NCBI GenBank assembly: GCA_035710145.1
Contig: DASTDX010000012.1
Coordinates: forward strand, 12,143-76,142
Length of the DNA: 64,000 bases
DNA from: Allosphingosinicella sp.
GTDB lineage: Bacteria; Pseudomonadota; Alphaproteobacteria; Sphingomonadales; Sphingomonadaceae
Direction: 5' to 3'
The position numbers and the translations under genes are program-made. The stretch's first letter is position 1; each line of letters begins with the position of its first letter. Of the stretch, positions 30,292-38,932 are shown one piece after another. The notes beneath the pieces are model-generated. The model ran no database searches and was not told where the DNA came from. It saw nothing but the letters and a program-made list of their open reading frames with translations.

Positions 30292-31763
30292 GCGAAGGCG
30301 AAGCCGCGCCGCGCCGGCTCCATCCGGCGAGCCTGATCTCGCGGTCGTTCCAGATCCTGCCGCAGATGCTGGCCGGAGGTGCCGGTTACGCCGCCGTCAT
30401 CCAGCGTGAGGGGTTCGGCCGGATTCTCCTGTTCGCCGCGATCGCCGCCGGACTGGGGTTTGTCGGCGCTTTGCTCAGCTGGTGGCGCTTTCGCTATACG
30501 ATCGGCGCCGGCGAGATCGTCATCGAAAGCGGCATCTTCCATCGCCAGCGGCGGGTCATTCCCTTCGACCGGGTCCAGGACATCGCGATTGAGCGGCGCC
30601 TGCTCGCCCGATTGCTTGGAACGGCGAAGGTGAAGATCGAAACCGGGGGCTCGGCGGCCGACGAAGGCACTCTGGACATGATCGGTCTGGCCGATGCCGT
30701 GACCTTGCGCGACCACATTCGTCGCTGGCACGGCGGCATTGTTCCAACGGCGGCACAGGCGACAGCGCATGCGGCCGATGAGCCCATATTGTTCGCGATG
30801 CCCTTGTCCCGAGTCCTCTTCGCCGGCCTGTTCAATTTCTCCCTCGTGTTTTTGGCGGTCCTGTTCGCGGCCCTCCAATATCTGGTCGATTTCGGCCTGC
30901 TGAGGCTTGAAGACTGGCTCGATCCGAAACGGGCCGGAGCGGCCGGAGCCTATTTCTCGATCCCGGCGACGATCGGCCTGATCGCGATCCTGCTCGCCCT
31001 CGGGATCGTCGCCGGCGTGGGCCGAACCCTGGCGCGGGAATATGGCTTTCGGCTCACCCGGGCGGTTGCCGGCTTCAGGCGCCGGCGCGGACTGTTCACT
31101 TTGTCGGAGGCCGTGATTCCGCTTCGCCGAATGCAGCTGGCACTGATCGAAAGCGGTCCGATCGCCCGCCGCCTGGGCTGGTACAGCCTGTCCTTCCAGA
31201 CTCTGGGCGCCGACCAGAAAGAAGGCGGAGTCCAGGCAGCCGCCCCGTTCGCCCGGATCGAGGAGATCGAACCGCTTCTCGCCGAGGCCCGGTTCCCGTC
31301 GCTCCCGCCGCGGGGTGACTTCCATCAGCTCCCCAGGCGGGCCCTGCTGAGCCGGGCGCTCCCCTGGCTCCTGCTCGCAATCGTGCCCGCGGGGGCCGCT
31401 TTCCTGGTCGATCCCAGGGCCGCGATCGGGGCGGGCGTCGTCCTGGTCATGGCCCTCGCCGCGGTCCTGCGCTGGCGCAAGCATAGCTGGGCGGTCGGCG
31501 ATCGCGCCTTCGCCGTCACCGGTGGCCTGCTGAAGCGGCGGACCTGGATCGTCCCGTTCGACAAGGCGCAATCGATCAGCGTCTATCAGGGACCGATGCA
31601 GCAGCGCCTGTCGCTCGCCACACTTCATGTCGACACCGCCGGTGCATCCCTGCTCCGTACCCCGGAGATCGCCGACATGGATCGCGCTGAAGCAGAGCGG
31701 CTCGCCGCCCACCTGCTGGGCCTCTTCTACCAGGAGCGGGCCAGGACGAGAGCGGAGCGCTGA
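30288..31763 (+). CDS. triple bPH_2-domain membrane protein, YdbT-like
   Basis: GTG at 30288 overlaps the ydbS-like TGA (GTGA). Three repeats of the pattern ...G(I/L)F.R....(I/V)P(F/L).(R/K)(V/M)Q... separated by TM pairs. Confidence 0.75.
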   Translation: MSEGEAAPRRLHPASLISRSFQILPQMLAGGAGYAAVIQREGFGRILLFAAIAAGLGFVGALLSWWRFRYTIGAGEIVIESGIFHRQRRVIPFDRVQDIAIERRLLARLLGTAKVKIETGGSAADEGTLDMIGLADAVTLRDHIRRWHGGIVPTAAQATAHAADEPILFAMPLSRVLFAGLFNFSLVFLAVLFAALQYLVDFGLLRLEDWLDPKRAGAAGAYFSIPATIGLIAILLALGIVAGVGRTLAREYGFRLTRAVAGFRRRRGLFTLSEAVIPLRRMQLALIESGPIARRLGWYSLSFQTLGADQKEGGVQAAAPFARIEEIEPLLAEARFPSLPPRGDFHQLPRRALLSRALPWLLLAIVPAGAAFLVDPRAAIGAGVVLVMALAAVLRWRKHSWAVGDRAFAVTGGLLKRRTWIVPFDKAQSISVYQGPMQQRLSLATLHVDTAGASLLRTPEIADMDRAEAERLAAHLLGLFYQERARTRAER

Positions 31764-31822
31764 CGAGGCCCCTCCTTCGCCATGGTCTTGCAACCGTCAC
31801 ATATTAAGCGTCGAATGACGCG

Positions 31823-32263
31823 ATGCGCCGAACGGACCTTCGACCGGAAGACGGCTTCACCTTCGTCGAGCTGATGGTGGTCATCTTCATCATCGGGCTC
31901 GCCGCGTCGGCCGTCATCCTGGCGATTCCCGACGAGGGCGGAAGCGTCTACACGGAGGCCGAGCGCTTCGCCGCCCGCGCCAAGGCCGCCCGCGACAATG
32001 CGATCATCGAATCGCGCCCGGCCGCCCTGCGGCTTGGGCCGGGGGGTTATGTCATGTCGGTTCGTCGCGCCGGAGAATGGCAGGAATCGGGGCGGTTCGA
32101 ATGGGCCGCCGGGACCCGCGTCCAGCTTGCGGGCGGCGAGGAAGGCGGTACCCGCTTCGACTCGACGGGCCTTGCCGTACCGCTTCGGCTCACCCTCGAA
32201 CGCGGCGAGCGCCGCGCCGCCGTCGAAATCGGTCATGACGGTTCGATCCTTGTCCGCCGCTAG
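31823..32263 (+). CDS. gspH: type II secretion minor pseudopilin GspH
   Basis: MRRTDLRPEDGFTFVELMVVIFIIGLAASAV is a prepilin cleavage/methylation motif (G/FTxxE). 146 aa, GspH-like size and position before I-J-K. Confidence 0.8.
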   Translation: MRRTDLRPEDGFTFVELMVVIFIIGLAASAVILAIPDEGGSVYTEAERFAARAKAARDNAIIESRPAALRLGPGGYVMSVRRAGEWQESGRFEWAAGTRVQLAGGEEGGTRFDSTGLAVPLRLTLERGERRAAVEIGHDGSILVRR

Positions 32264-32663
32264 CCGCCCTGCCGATCGGCAGAATGCGCGCCGTTGCCGA
32301 GCGAAAGCGAACGGCTTCACCCTGATCGAGATGCTGGTGGCGCTCGCCATCTTCAGCCTCGCCGCCTTGGCCTTGCTTCGGCTGGGCGGTGCCACCGCGA
32401 CGAACAGTGCCCGATTGAACGACCGGGCCATTGCCCAGGCGGTGGCGCGCAACGTCGCCGTCGAGGTGCTCACCGATCCCGCTCCTCCCACGTTCGGCGA
32501 CGTTGCCGGAGAAGCCGTCAATGGCGGCCGCCGCTGGCGCTGGACCCGCCGGACCGCCCGATCGCCGGAACCCCGGATCCAGCAGATCCAGATTCAGGTC
32601 GTCAACGCTCAGGGCGGGCCGGGCCAGGCGGTCCTGACCGTCTTTCGGCGAGGCGGCTCATGA
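32250..32663 (+). CDS. gspI: type II secretion minor pseudopilin GspI
   Basis: NGFTLIEMLVALAIFSLAALALL prepilin motif, then a GspI-like core (NSARLNDRAIAQAVARNVAVEVL). There is no in-frame ATG or GTG close to the motif. The nearest start-like codon is TTG 32250, so the start is uncertain. Confidence 0.72.
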   Translation: MSAASRPADRQNARRCRAKANGFTLIEMLVALAIFSLAALALLRLGGATATNSARLNDRAIAQAVARNVAVEVLTDPAPPTFGDVAGEAVNGGRRWRWTRRTARSPEPRIQQIQIQVVNAQGGPGQAVLTVFRRGGS

Positions 32664-33271
32664 TCCGGGATTCGTCCAAGGACGGCCATCGGGCGAGCGG
32701 TTTCACCCTCGTCGAGATGCTGATCGCCCTGACCATTTTCGGAATGCTGACGGCGGCCGGAGTCGCTTTGCTGTCCGTCACCGCCCGAACCCAGCAAACC
32801 GCGGACCGGCTGCTCGCCGAGCTTGGCGAGCTTCGCGCCGTCCAGGCGCTGGTCACCGCCGATCTGGCCCAGGCCGTGCCGCGCCTCCATCGCGATCGCG
32901 CCGGCAATGCGCTTCCGGCGTTCTCCGGCGCCGCCTCCGGCGAACCCGTCTCGCTCGCTCTGGTTCGCGGCGGGGTCGATGGCGGCGGTGCCCGCCAGTC
33001 GACGCTCCAGCGGGTGGAATACAGGCTTCAGGAGGGCAGGCTCGAACGTCTGGCCTATCCGCAGGTCGACGGCGCCGATGGCCCGGTCGTGGTGACCTTG
33101 CTTCGCGGCGTCCGCCAGCTTCGGCTTCGCTATCGCGACGAAGAGGGGGGCTGGCAAAGCGATTGGGCGCCCACCGACCCCACCCGTCTGCCGCGGGCCG
33201 TGGAATTGGTGACGGACAGCGAAGCGCATGGACTGGTGCGCCAGCTCTTCCTCGTCGGGGCGGCGTTGTGA
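32660..33271 (+). CDS. gspJ: type II secretion minor pseudopilin GspJ
   Basis: ATG 32660 overlaps the gspI TGA (ATGA). MIRDSSKDGHRASGFTLVEMLIALTIFGMLTAAG prepilin motif. About 203 aa. Confidence 0.8.
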   Translation: MIRDSSKDGHRASGFTLVEMLIALTIFGMLTAAGVALLSVTARTQQTADRLLAELGELRAVQALVTADLAQAVPRLHRDRAGNALPAFSGAASGEPVSLALVRGGVDGGGARQSTLQRVEYRLQEGRLERLAYPQVDGADGPVVVTLLRGVRQLRLRYRDEEGGWQSDWAPTDPTRLPRAVELVTDSEAHGLVRQLFLVGAAL

Positions 33272-34257
33272 GACGCCGACTGGTCAAGCCCCGGGAACAG
33301 GGAGCGGCCCTGCTCGCCGTCCTGCTACTCGTCGCGGTGACGGGGGCGATCGCAGCGGCAGCGATGGAGAAGTTACGGCTGTCGCGGGCGGTGGCGATGA
33401 ACGCGGTCGCGATCGATCAGGCGCGGGCTTACGCGCACGGAGTCGAGCAGATCGGGATCCTCATCATCGAGGACATGACGACCGAGAGCCCCAACCGGAC
33501 GACCCTGGCCGGGGGCTGGAACGGCGGGGTTCGGCGCGTGCCGCTGCCCAATGGCGGGGTCGCGCAGGCTCGTCTCAGCGATGGCGGCAATTGCTTCAAT
33601 ATCAACAGCGTCGCTTCGGGCGAGGCCAATACCCGGCTGAGCCGGCGCGAGTCGGGCGTGGGCCAATTCGCAGGCTTGATGATGGTCCTTGGCACTCCGG
33701 AAGGCGAGGCCCGGCGGATCGCGAGCGCCGCCGCGGACTGGGTCGACAGCGACAACGTGCCCGGATCGATGGGGGCCGAGGACTCCTTCTACGCTTCGGC
33801 CGAGCAGCCTTACCGGACGGCCAACACCCTGTTCGCCGACATCGGCGAATTGCGGGCGGTCGCCGGAATGACTCCGCCGATCTTCGATCGGCTGCGGCCC
33901 TGGCTGTGTGCTTTGCCGGTCGCCGAGCTGTCGCCGATCAACCTCAACACGCTGCTTCCCGAGCAAGCACCTCTTCTCGCGATGCTCGCGCCGGGGCAGT
34001 TGAGCCTGGAGCGCGCCCGGAGCGTCCTCGCTTCACGTCCGATCAACGGCTGGGGCAACCAGATCGCTTTCTGGCGGATCGAGGCGATGAGCGCGGTGAC
34101 CGTGCCGCTCGACGTTCAGCTTCAGCCGCAGCTGAGGACCGTATGGTATTCGATCGACGCCCGCGTCGAAATGGCCGGCAGCCTGTTCAGCGAAAGCGTC
34201 CTGGTGGACGCCCGGCTTCAGCCCTCACGCATCGTCCTTCGCCGCTGGAGCGACTGA
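33268..34257 (+). CDS. gspK: type II secretion minor pseudopilin GspK
   Basis: GTG 33268 overlaps the gspJ TGA (GTGA). EQGAALLAVLLLVAVTGAIAAAAME N-terminus without the conserved Glu5. GspK-type body (GGNCFNINSV..., SPINLNTLLPEQAPLL). Confidence 0.8.
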   Translation: MRRRLVKPREQGAALLAVLLLVAVTGAIAAAAMEKLRLSRAVAMNAVAIDQARAYAHGVEQIGILIIEDMTTESPNRTTLAGGWNGGVRRVPLPNGGVAQARLSDGGNCFNINSVASGEANTRLSRRESGVGQFAGLMMVLGTPEGEARRIASAAADWVDSDNVPGSMGAEDSFYASAEQPYRTANTLFADIGELRAVAGMTPPIFDRLRPWLCALPVAELSPINLNTLLPEQAPLLAMLAPGQLSLERARSVLASRPINGWGNQIAFWRIEAMSAVTVPLDVQLQPQLRTVWYSIDARVEMAGSLFSESVLVDARLQPSRIVLRRWSD

Positions 34258-34902
34258 AACGCCGTCGAGACGACGGGCGAGGGCGATGAAGACGTAGACC
34301 AGGGGCGCCACCAGCACCGCGGACAGGACGATCTTCGCAAGCATCTGGCCGACCAGCAGATTGCCGATCGGGAAGACGCCGTAGAACGAAATCGTGATGA
34401 AGAGCAGGGTGTCGACGATCTGCGAGAGGATGGCCGCGATCCCGGCCCGAAGCCAGAGCAGGCTGCCGCCTTCGCGGCGAAGCCGGGTGAAGATGGTGAC
34501 GTTCAGCAATTGCGAGATGCCGTAAGCGATCAGGCCGCCGATCCAGATCCGCGGAGTGGATCCCATGATCGTTTCGAACGCGGCGAGGCGATCGGGCGGC
34601 ATGTCGTCTGCGGCCGGAAGCGCCAGAACGAGGAAGGCGAGGAACATCGATAAGATCAGCGGCACGAAGCCGATCAGCACCAGCTGGTTGGCGAGTCGGC
34701 GGCCGAACAATTCCGCCACCGCGCTCGACGTGACCACGAGAAGGAGGAAAGCGAAGATGCCGGCCTCGACGGCCAAGGGGCCCAATGCGACCTGCTTGTT
34801 GGCAAGCACGCCGGCGATGCACACCATCCCGCCGTAAAAGATCGAGAAAGCGAACAGGGAGCGGGGGATATTCGGGGCGGTGGCTTCGTGGGCTGTCGTC
34901 AT
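34225..34902 (-). CDS. yhhQ: queuosine-precursor transporter (YhhQ/VUT, DUF165)
   Basis: 225 aa polytopic protein. FSIFYGGMVCIAGVLANKQVALGPL...AELFGRRLANQLVLIGF...SQIVDTLLFITISFYG is typical of the YhhQ family. Confidence 0.8.
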   Translation of the reverse strand: MTTAHEATAPNIPRSLFAFSIFYGGMVCIAGVLANKQVALGPLAVEAGIFAFLLLVVTSSAVAELFGRRLANQLVLIGFVPLILSMFLAFLVLALPAADDMPPDRLAAFETIMGSTPRIWIGGLIAYGISQLLNVTIFTRLRREGGSLLWLRAGIAAILSQIVDTLLFITISFYGVFPIGNLLVGQMLAKIVLSAVLVAPLVYVFIALARRLDGVSVAPAAKDDA

Positions 34903-34998
34903 GGCATGGACCTAACCGGTTTGGAGCGGCGCAAAAAGGGCTTTCCGCCGGCCTTCAATCCGGCCATCAGGCGCCCGGCAAAAGAGGGCAGGCCTTGA

Positions 34999-35991
34999 GT
35001 GACTGAGATACGTCTGGATGTACTGGCAATCGGCGACGCGGTGGTGGACGTGATCGCCATCGCCGATGATTCCTTCCTCGCGGAAGAAAGGCTGGTGAAG
35101 GGCTCGATGCAGGTGCTCGATGCCGAGGGCGCGCGTCGGCTCTACGCGCGGATGAGCCAGGCCCGGGAGACCAGCGGCGGCTCCGCGGCCAACACCATGG
35201 CCGGCGTCGCCGCTCTTGGCGGCCGCGCCGGATTCATCGGCCAGGTCGCCAACGATCAACTGGGGGAGATTTTCACCCATGACATCCGCGCCCTGGGCGT
35301 GGAATTCCTGACCCCGGCCAAATCCGGCGGCGAGCCGACCGGCCGTTGCCTCATCCTCGTCACTCCGGACGCGCAGCGGACGATGAACACTTTCCGCGGG
35401 GCTGCTCACGAGCTGAACGCCGCGGCGCTCGACGCGGCTCAGATCCGCGGCTCGGCGATCCTCTACCTCGAAGCCTATCTGTGGCGCTCCGAGGGCCCCC
35501 GGGCGGCGATGAGCCAGGCGATGGAGATCGCCCGCGAGGCCGGACGCAAGGTCGCCTTCACTTTGTCGGACATCGCCTGCATCGCGCCGCACCGAGCCGA
35601 GATGATGAAGATGCTGGAGGCGGGCGCAATCGACCTTCTCTTCGCCAATGAAGCGGAGATCCGGGCGCTGGCCGACGTCGACGACCGCGACGAGGCGATC
35701 GTGAGGCTTCGGGACCTGGTTCCGTTGATCGTCGTCACCTGCGGCGCGCAAGGCGCCCTGGCGGTCGAAGGCGGGCGTGTCACCAGCGTCCCGATCGCCC
35801 GAATCGGACGCGGTGTCGTCGACACGACCGGCGCCGGCGATCTGTTCGCGGCCGGCTTCCTCGTCGGATATTCGCGCGGGCGTTCGATCGAGGAAAGTCT
35901 GAGGATGGGCTCGATCGCCGCGGCCGAAGTGATCTCCCATTTCGGCGCCCGGCCCGAATCCGACCTCAGGAAACTGGTGGAAGCGGCATGA
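34999..35991 (+). CDS. adenosine kinase (PfkB family)
   Basis: GTG start. LDVLAIGDAVVDVIA..., SGGSAANTMAG and C-terminal VVDTTGAGDLFAAGFL (PfkB signature 2). About 330 aa, as in alphaproteobacterial adenosine kinases. Confidence 0.85.
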   Translation: MTEIRLDVLAIGDAVVDVIAIADDSFLAEERLVKGSMQVLDAEGARRLYARMSQARETSGGSAANTMAGVAALGGRAGFIGQVANDQLGEIFTHDIRALGVEFLTPAKSGGEPTGRCLILVTPDAQRTMNTFRGAAHELNAAALDAAQIRGSAILYLEAYLWRSEGPRAAMSQAMEIAREAGRKVAFTLSDIACIAPHRAEMMKMLEAGAIDLLFANEAEIRALADVDDRDEAIVRLRDLVPLIVVTCGAQGALAVEGGRVTSVPIARIGRGVVDTTGAGDLFAAGFLVGYSRGRSIEESLRMGSIAAAEVISHFGARPESDLRKLVEAA

Positions 35992-36557
35992 AGCGGCTTG
36001 CTGTCTATTGCGGATCGAGCATCGGTACCGATCCCGCCTTCGCCGAAACCGCCCGGGCGCTGGGCGAGGAGATGGCGCGGCGCGAAATCGGCCTCGTCTA
36101 TGGCGGCGGCAGGCTCGGTCTGATGGGCGTGGTCGCGGATTCCGTCCTTCGGGCAGGGGGCGAGGCTTATGGCGTGATCCCCCAGGCCTTGATCGATCTC
36201 GAGGTCGCCCATACCGGGCTCACCGAGCTCCACATCGTCCAGACGATGCACGAGCGGAAGGCGCGGATGACCGATCTGACCGACGCCTTCGTCGCCATCC
36301 CCGGCGGCATCGGCACATTGGACGAATTGTTCGAAGCCTGGAGCTGGAACGCGCTCGGTTATCACGCCAAGCCGTTCGCCTTACTGAACGTCCACAATTT
36401 CTGGGACGGGATGATCCACTTCCTCGACCATGTCACGACGAGCGGTTTCATGTCGCCCGCGCGGCGAGAGCAGCTGCTTGTCGCAGACTCGATCGCCGAG
36501 GTGATCGACAAGCTGGACAGCGCCGCCGGGACGCGGGAAAGACGGATGGTCTGGTAA
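35988..36557 (+). CDS. LOG-family nucleotide 5'-monophosphate nucleosidase (TIGR00730)
   Basis: VYCGSS...GLVYGGGRLGLMG...PGGIGTLDELFE are canonical LOG motifs. ATGA overlap with the kinase gene. Confidence 0.85.
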   Translation: MKRLAVYCGSSIGTDPAFAETARALGEEMARREIGLVYGGGRLGLMGVVADSVLRAGGEAYGVIPQALIDLEVAHTGLTELHIVQTMHERKARMTDLTDAFVAIPGGIGTLDELFEAWSWNALGYHAKPFALLNVHNFWDGMIHFLDHVTTSGFMSPARREQLLVADSIAEVIDKLDSAAGTRERRMVW

Positions 36558-36584
36558 GGACTTAAGGGAAGAGCGGGGGCGCGA

Positions 36585-37856
36585 ATGAGCAATGTCTTGA
36601 TGAGCCTGGCGGGGATCATGGTGATCCTGGCGATCGCCTTTCTGCTGTCGTCGAACCGCCGCGCGATCCGCCTTCGCGTGGTCGGCGCGGCCTTCGCGCT
36701 CCAGGCCGCGATCGCCTTCCTGGTTCTCTATACCGACTGGGGCCGGGCGGCGATCCAGTGGATGTCCAACGGCGTGGCCAATCTCCTGGGCTATGCCAAC
36801 CAGGGGACCGAATTCCTGTTCGGCCCCTCGGAAACCAACCCTCTGGCCAATACCTTCGCTCTGGGCGCACTGCCGGTGATCATCTTCTTCGCGGCGATCG
36901 TCGCCATCCTCTACCATCTTGGGATCATGCAGCGCATCGTCCGCTGGGTCGGCGGTGCGATCGGCTGGATCACCGGTATCAGCCGGGTCGAATCGCTGAG
37001 CTCCGCCGCCAACATCTTCGTCGGCCAGAGCGAATCCCCCCTGGTCATCCGCCCCTATCTGGCGGCACTTCTTCCGGCCCAGTTGTTCACCGTCATGACG
37101 GTCGGAATGGCGGGCGTCGCGGGCACCATCCTCGCCGCATATGCCAGCCTGCTGGGAACGGAATATCTGCCCTATCTTCTCGCAGCGGCTTTCATGTCGG
37201 CGCCGGGCGGGATCCTGATGGCGAAGATCATGATGCCGGACGAGCCGAAGCGGCAGGAAGAGCTTCCGCTCGAAGGGCAGAGCGAGATCGTCGAGGAGAA
37301 GGTCGAGGTGGCCGAAACGTTCGAGGAGGGCGAGCGTCCGGCCAATGTTATCATGGCCGCCGCCCAGGGCGCCCAGACCGGCGTCCGGCTGGCCGTGGCC
37401 GTCGGCGCCATGGTCCTCGCCTTTGTCGCTTTGGTGGCCTTGGCCAACGGGCTGCTCGGCGGTCTCGGCAACATGGTCGGCGTGCCCGATCTCAGCTTCC
37501 AGCGGATCGTCGGCTATGTGTTCCAGCCGATCATGTTCCTGATCGGTGTCCCGTGGCAGGAAGCGGGCACCGCCGGCGGCCTGTTCGGGACCAAGATCGT
37601 CCTCAACGAATTCGTCGCCTTCATCGATCTCGGCGCCATGCAGGCGGGCGAGCTTAGCGCCCGAAGCCGGGCCATCGTCACCTTCGCCTTGTGCGGCTTC
37701 GCCAATTTCAGCTCGATCGCGATCCAGATGGCGGTCACTGGCGGGCTCGCCCCCAGCCAGCGGCCGACGATCGCCAGGCTGGGAATAAAGGCGCTGATCG
37801 CCGGCAGTCTCGCCAATCTGATGAGCGCGGCGTTGGCCGGGATGATGATCCCCTAG
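36585..37856 (+). CDS. nupC: NupC/CNT-family concentrative nucleoside transporter
   Basis: 423 aa. ...ANIFVGQSESPLVIRPYL...NEFVAFIDL...ALCGFANFSSIAIQ are hallmark CNT segments. Confidence 0.88.
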   Translation: MSNVLMSLAGIMVILAIAFLLSSNRRAIRLRVVGAAFALQAAIAFLVLYTDWGRAAIQWMSNGVANLLGYANQGTEFLFGPSETNPLANTFALGALPVIIFFAAIVAILYHLGIMQRIVRWVGGAIGWITGISRVESLSSAANIFVGQSESPLVIRPYLAALLPAQLFTVMTVGMAGVAGTILAAYASLLGTEYLPYLLAAAFMSAPGGILMAKIMMPDEPKRQEELPLEGQSEIVEEKVEVAETFEEGERPANVIMAAAQGAQTGVRLAVAVGAMVLAFVALVALANGLLGGLGNMVGVPDLSFQRIVGYVFQPIMFLIGVPWQEAGTAGGLFGTKIVLNEFVAFIDLGAMQAGELSARSRAIVTFALCGFANFSSIAIQMAVTGGLAPSQRPTIARLGIKALIAGSLANLMSAALAGMMIP

Positions 37857-37935
37857 GAAGATCCCGGGACCATGTGCTTGTGCGTAAGGGCCAGCCCGTA
37901 GTGACGGGCGGGGCCGATAAAGATAAGGCGAACCC

Positions 37936-38889
37936 ATGACGACAATCACTCAACATCGCCCCACCATCGCCTCCGTCTCGCTCGCCGAATCAGATCGCGA
38001 TCCGAAAGGGTTCGCCGACGAACTTGGCCGAAGCTTCGAGGATTACGGTTTCGCCATCATCGCCGATCACGGCATTCCCGATGCCCTGATCCAGCGCGCC
38101 GAGGAGAAGGCGAGGGCCTTCTTCGCCTTGCCCGACGAGGTGAAGCGCCAATACCACATCCCCGGCGGCGGCGGCGCTCGCGGCTACACGCCGTTCGGGA
38201 TCGAGACCGCCAAGGGCCATCAGGCTCACGACCTCAAGGAATTCTGGCACGTCGGGCGCGATCTGCCGCCGGGCCACCCGTTCCGCGGCCACATGCCCGA
38301 CAATGTCTGGCCCAAGGAGGTGGAGAGCTTCCGCGACACGTTCGGCGAGCTTTACGCGACGTTCGATCGCACCGGCCTGAAGATCCTTCGGGCGATCGCC
38401 CGCTATCTGGGCGTCGACGAGGATTATTTCGCCGACACCGTGCGCGACGGCAATTCGGTGATGCGGCTGCTTCATTATCCGCCGATCCAGGGCGAGCCCG
38501 GAAGCCATGTCCGCGCTGGCGCACACGAGGACATCAACACCATCACCCTTTTGCTCGGTGCCGAGGAGGCGGGGCTCGAGCTCCTCACCAAGGAGGGGGA
38601 GTGGATCCCGGTGGCGCCGAAGCCGGGCGAGCTGGTTGTCAATATCGGCGACATGCTTCAGCGGCTGACCAACGGCCAGCTCCGCTCCACGTCTCACCGG
38701 GTGGTCAACCCGCCGCCGGAGCGGCGCGGCCATTCCCGATACTCGATGCCCTTCTTCCTCCACTTCCGCTCGGACTTCCTGATCGAGGCCCTGCCCGGGA
38801 CCGTCCCGCCCGGGGAGGCGCCCAAATGGCCGCCGATCACCGCCGACGACTATCTCCAGGAGCGGCTCCGCGAGATCAAGCTGACCTGA
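37936..38889 (+). CDS. 2-oxoglutarate/Fe(II)-dependent oxygenase (isopenicillin-N-synthase family)
   Basis: 317 aa. GAHEDINTITLL (HxD), LRSTSHRVVNP (distal His) and RYSMPFFLH (RxS) form the 2OG-Fe(II) facial triad and cosubstrate motif. Confidence 0.8.
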   Translation: MTTITQHRPTIASVSLAESDRDPKGFADELGRSFEDYGFAIIADHGIPDALIQRAEEKARAFFALPDEVKRQYHIPGGGGARGYTPFGIETAKGHQAHDLKEFWHVGRDLPPGHPFRGHMPDNVWPKEVESFRDTFGELYATFDRTGLKILRAIARYLGVDEDYFADTVRDGNSVMRLLHYPPIQGEPGSHVRAGAHEDINTITLLLGAEEAGLELLTKEGEWIPVAPKPGELVVNIGDMLQRLTNGQLRSTSHRVVNPPPERRGHSRYSMPFFLHFRSDFLIEALPGTVPPGEAPKWPPITADDYLQERLREIKLT

Positions 38890-38894
38890 ACGAC

Positions 38895-38922
38895 GGCGCA
38901 ACGCCTCCGCCGGGCGTGCGCC
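38895..38922. terminator. possible hairpin between convergent 2OG-oxygenase and cdd genes
   Basis: GGCGCAACGCC-tccgccg-GGCGTGCGCC, about 10 bp GC stem with one bulge. The flanking U-tract is poor, so function is uncertain. Confidence 0.3.
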
Positions 38923-38932
38923 TTCAGGGTCT

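Noticed and set aside
34903-34998. Possible preQ1 riboswitch upstream of yhhQ.
   Set aside because: The 96-nt divergent spacer lacks the short hairpin plus A-rich tail (AAAAAACUA-like) of preQ1-I. I also saw no preQ1-II or preQ1-III features.
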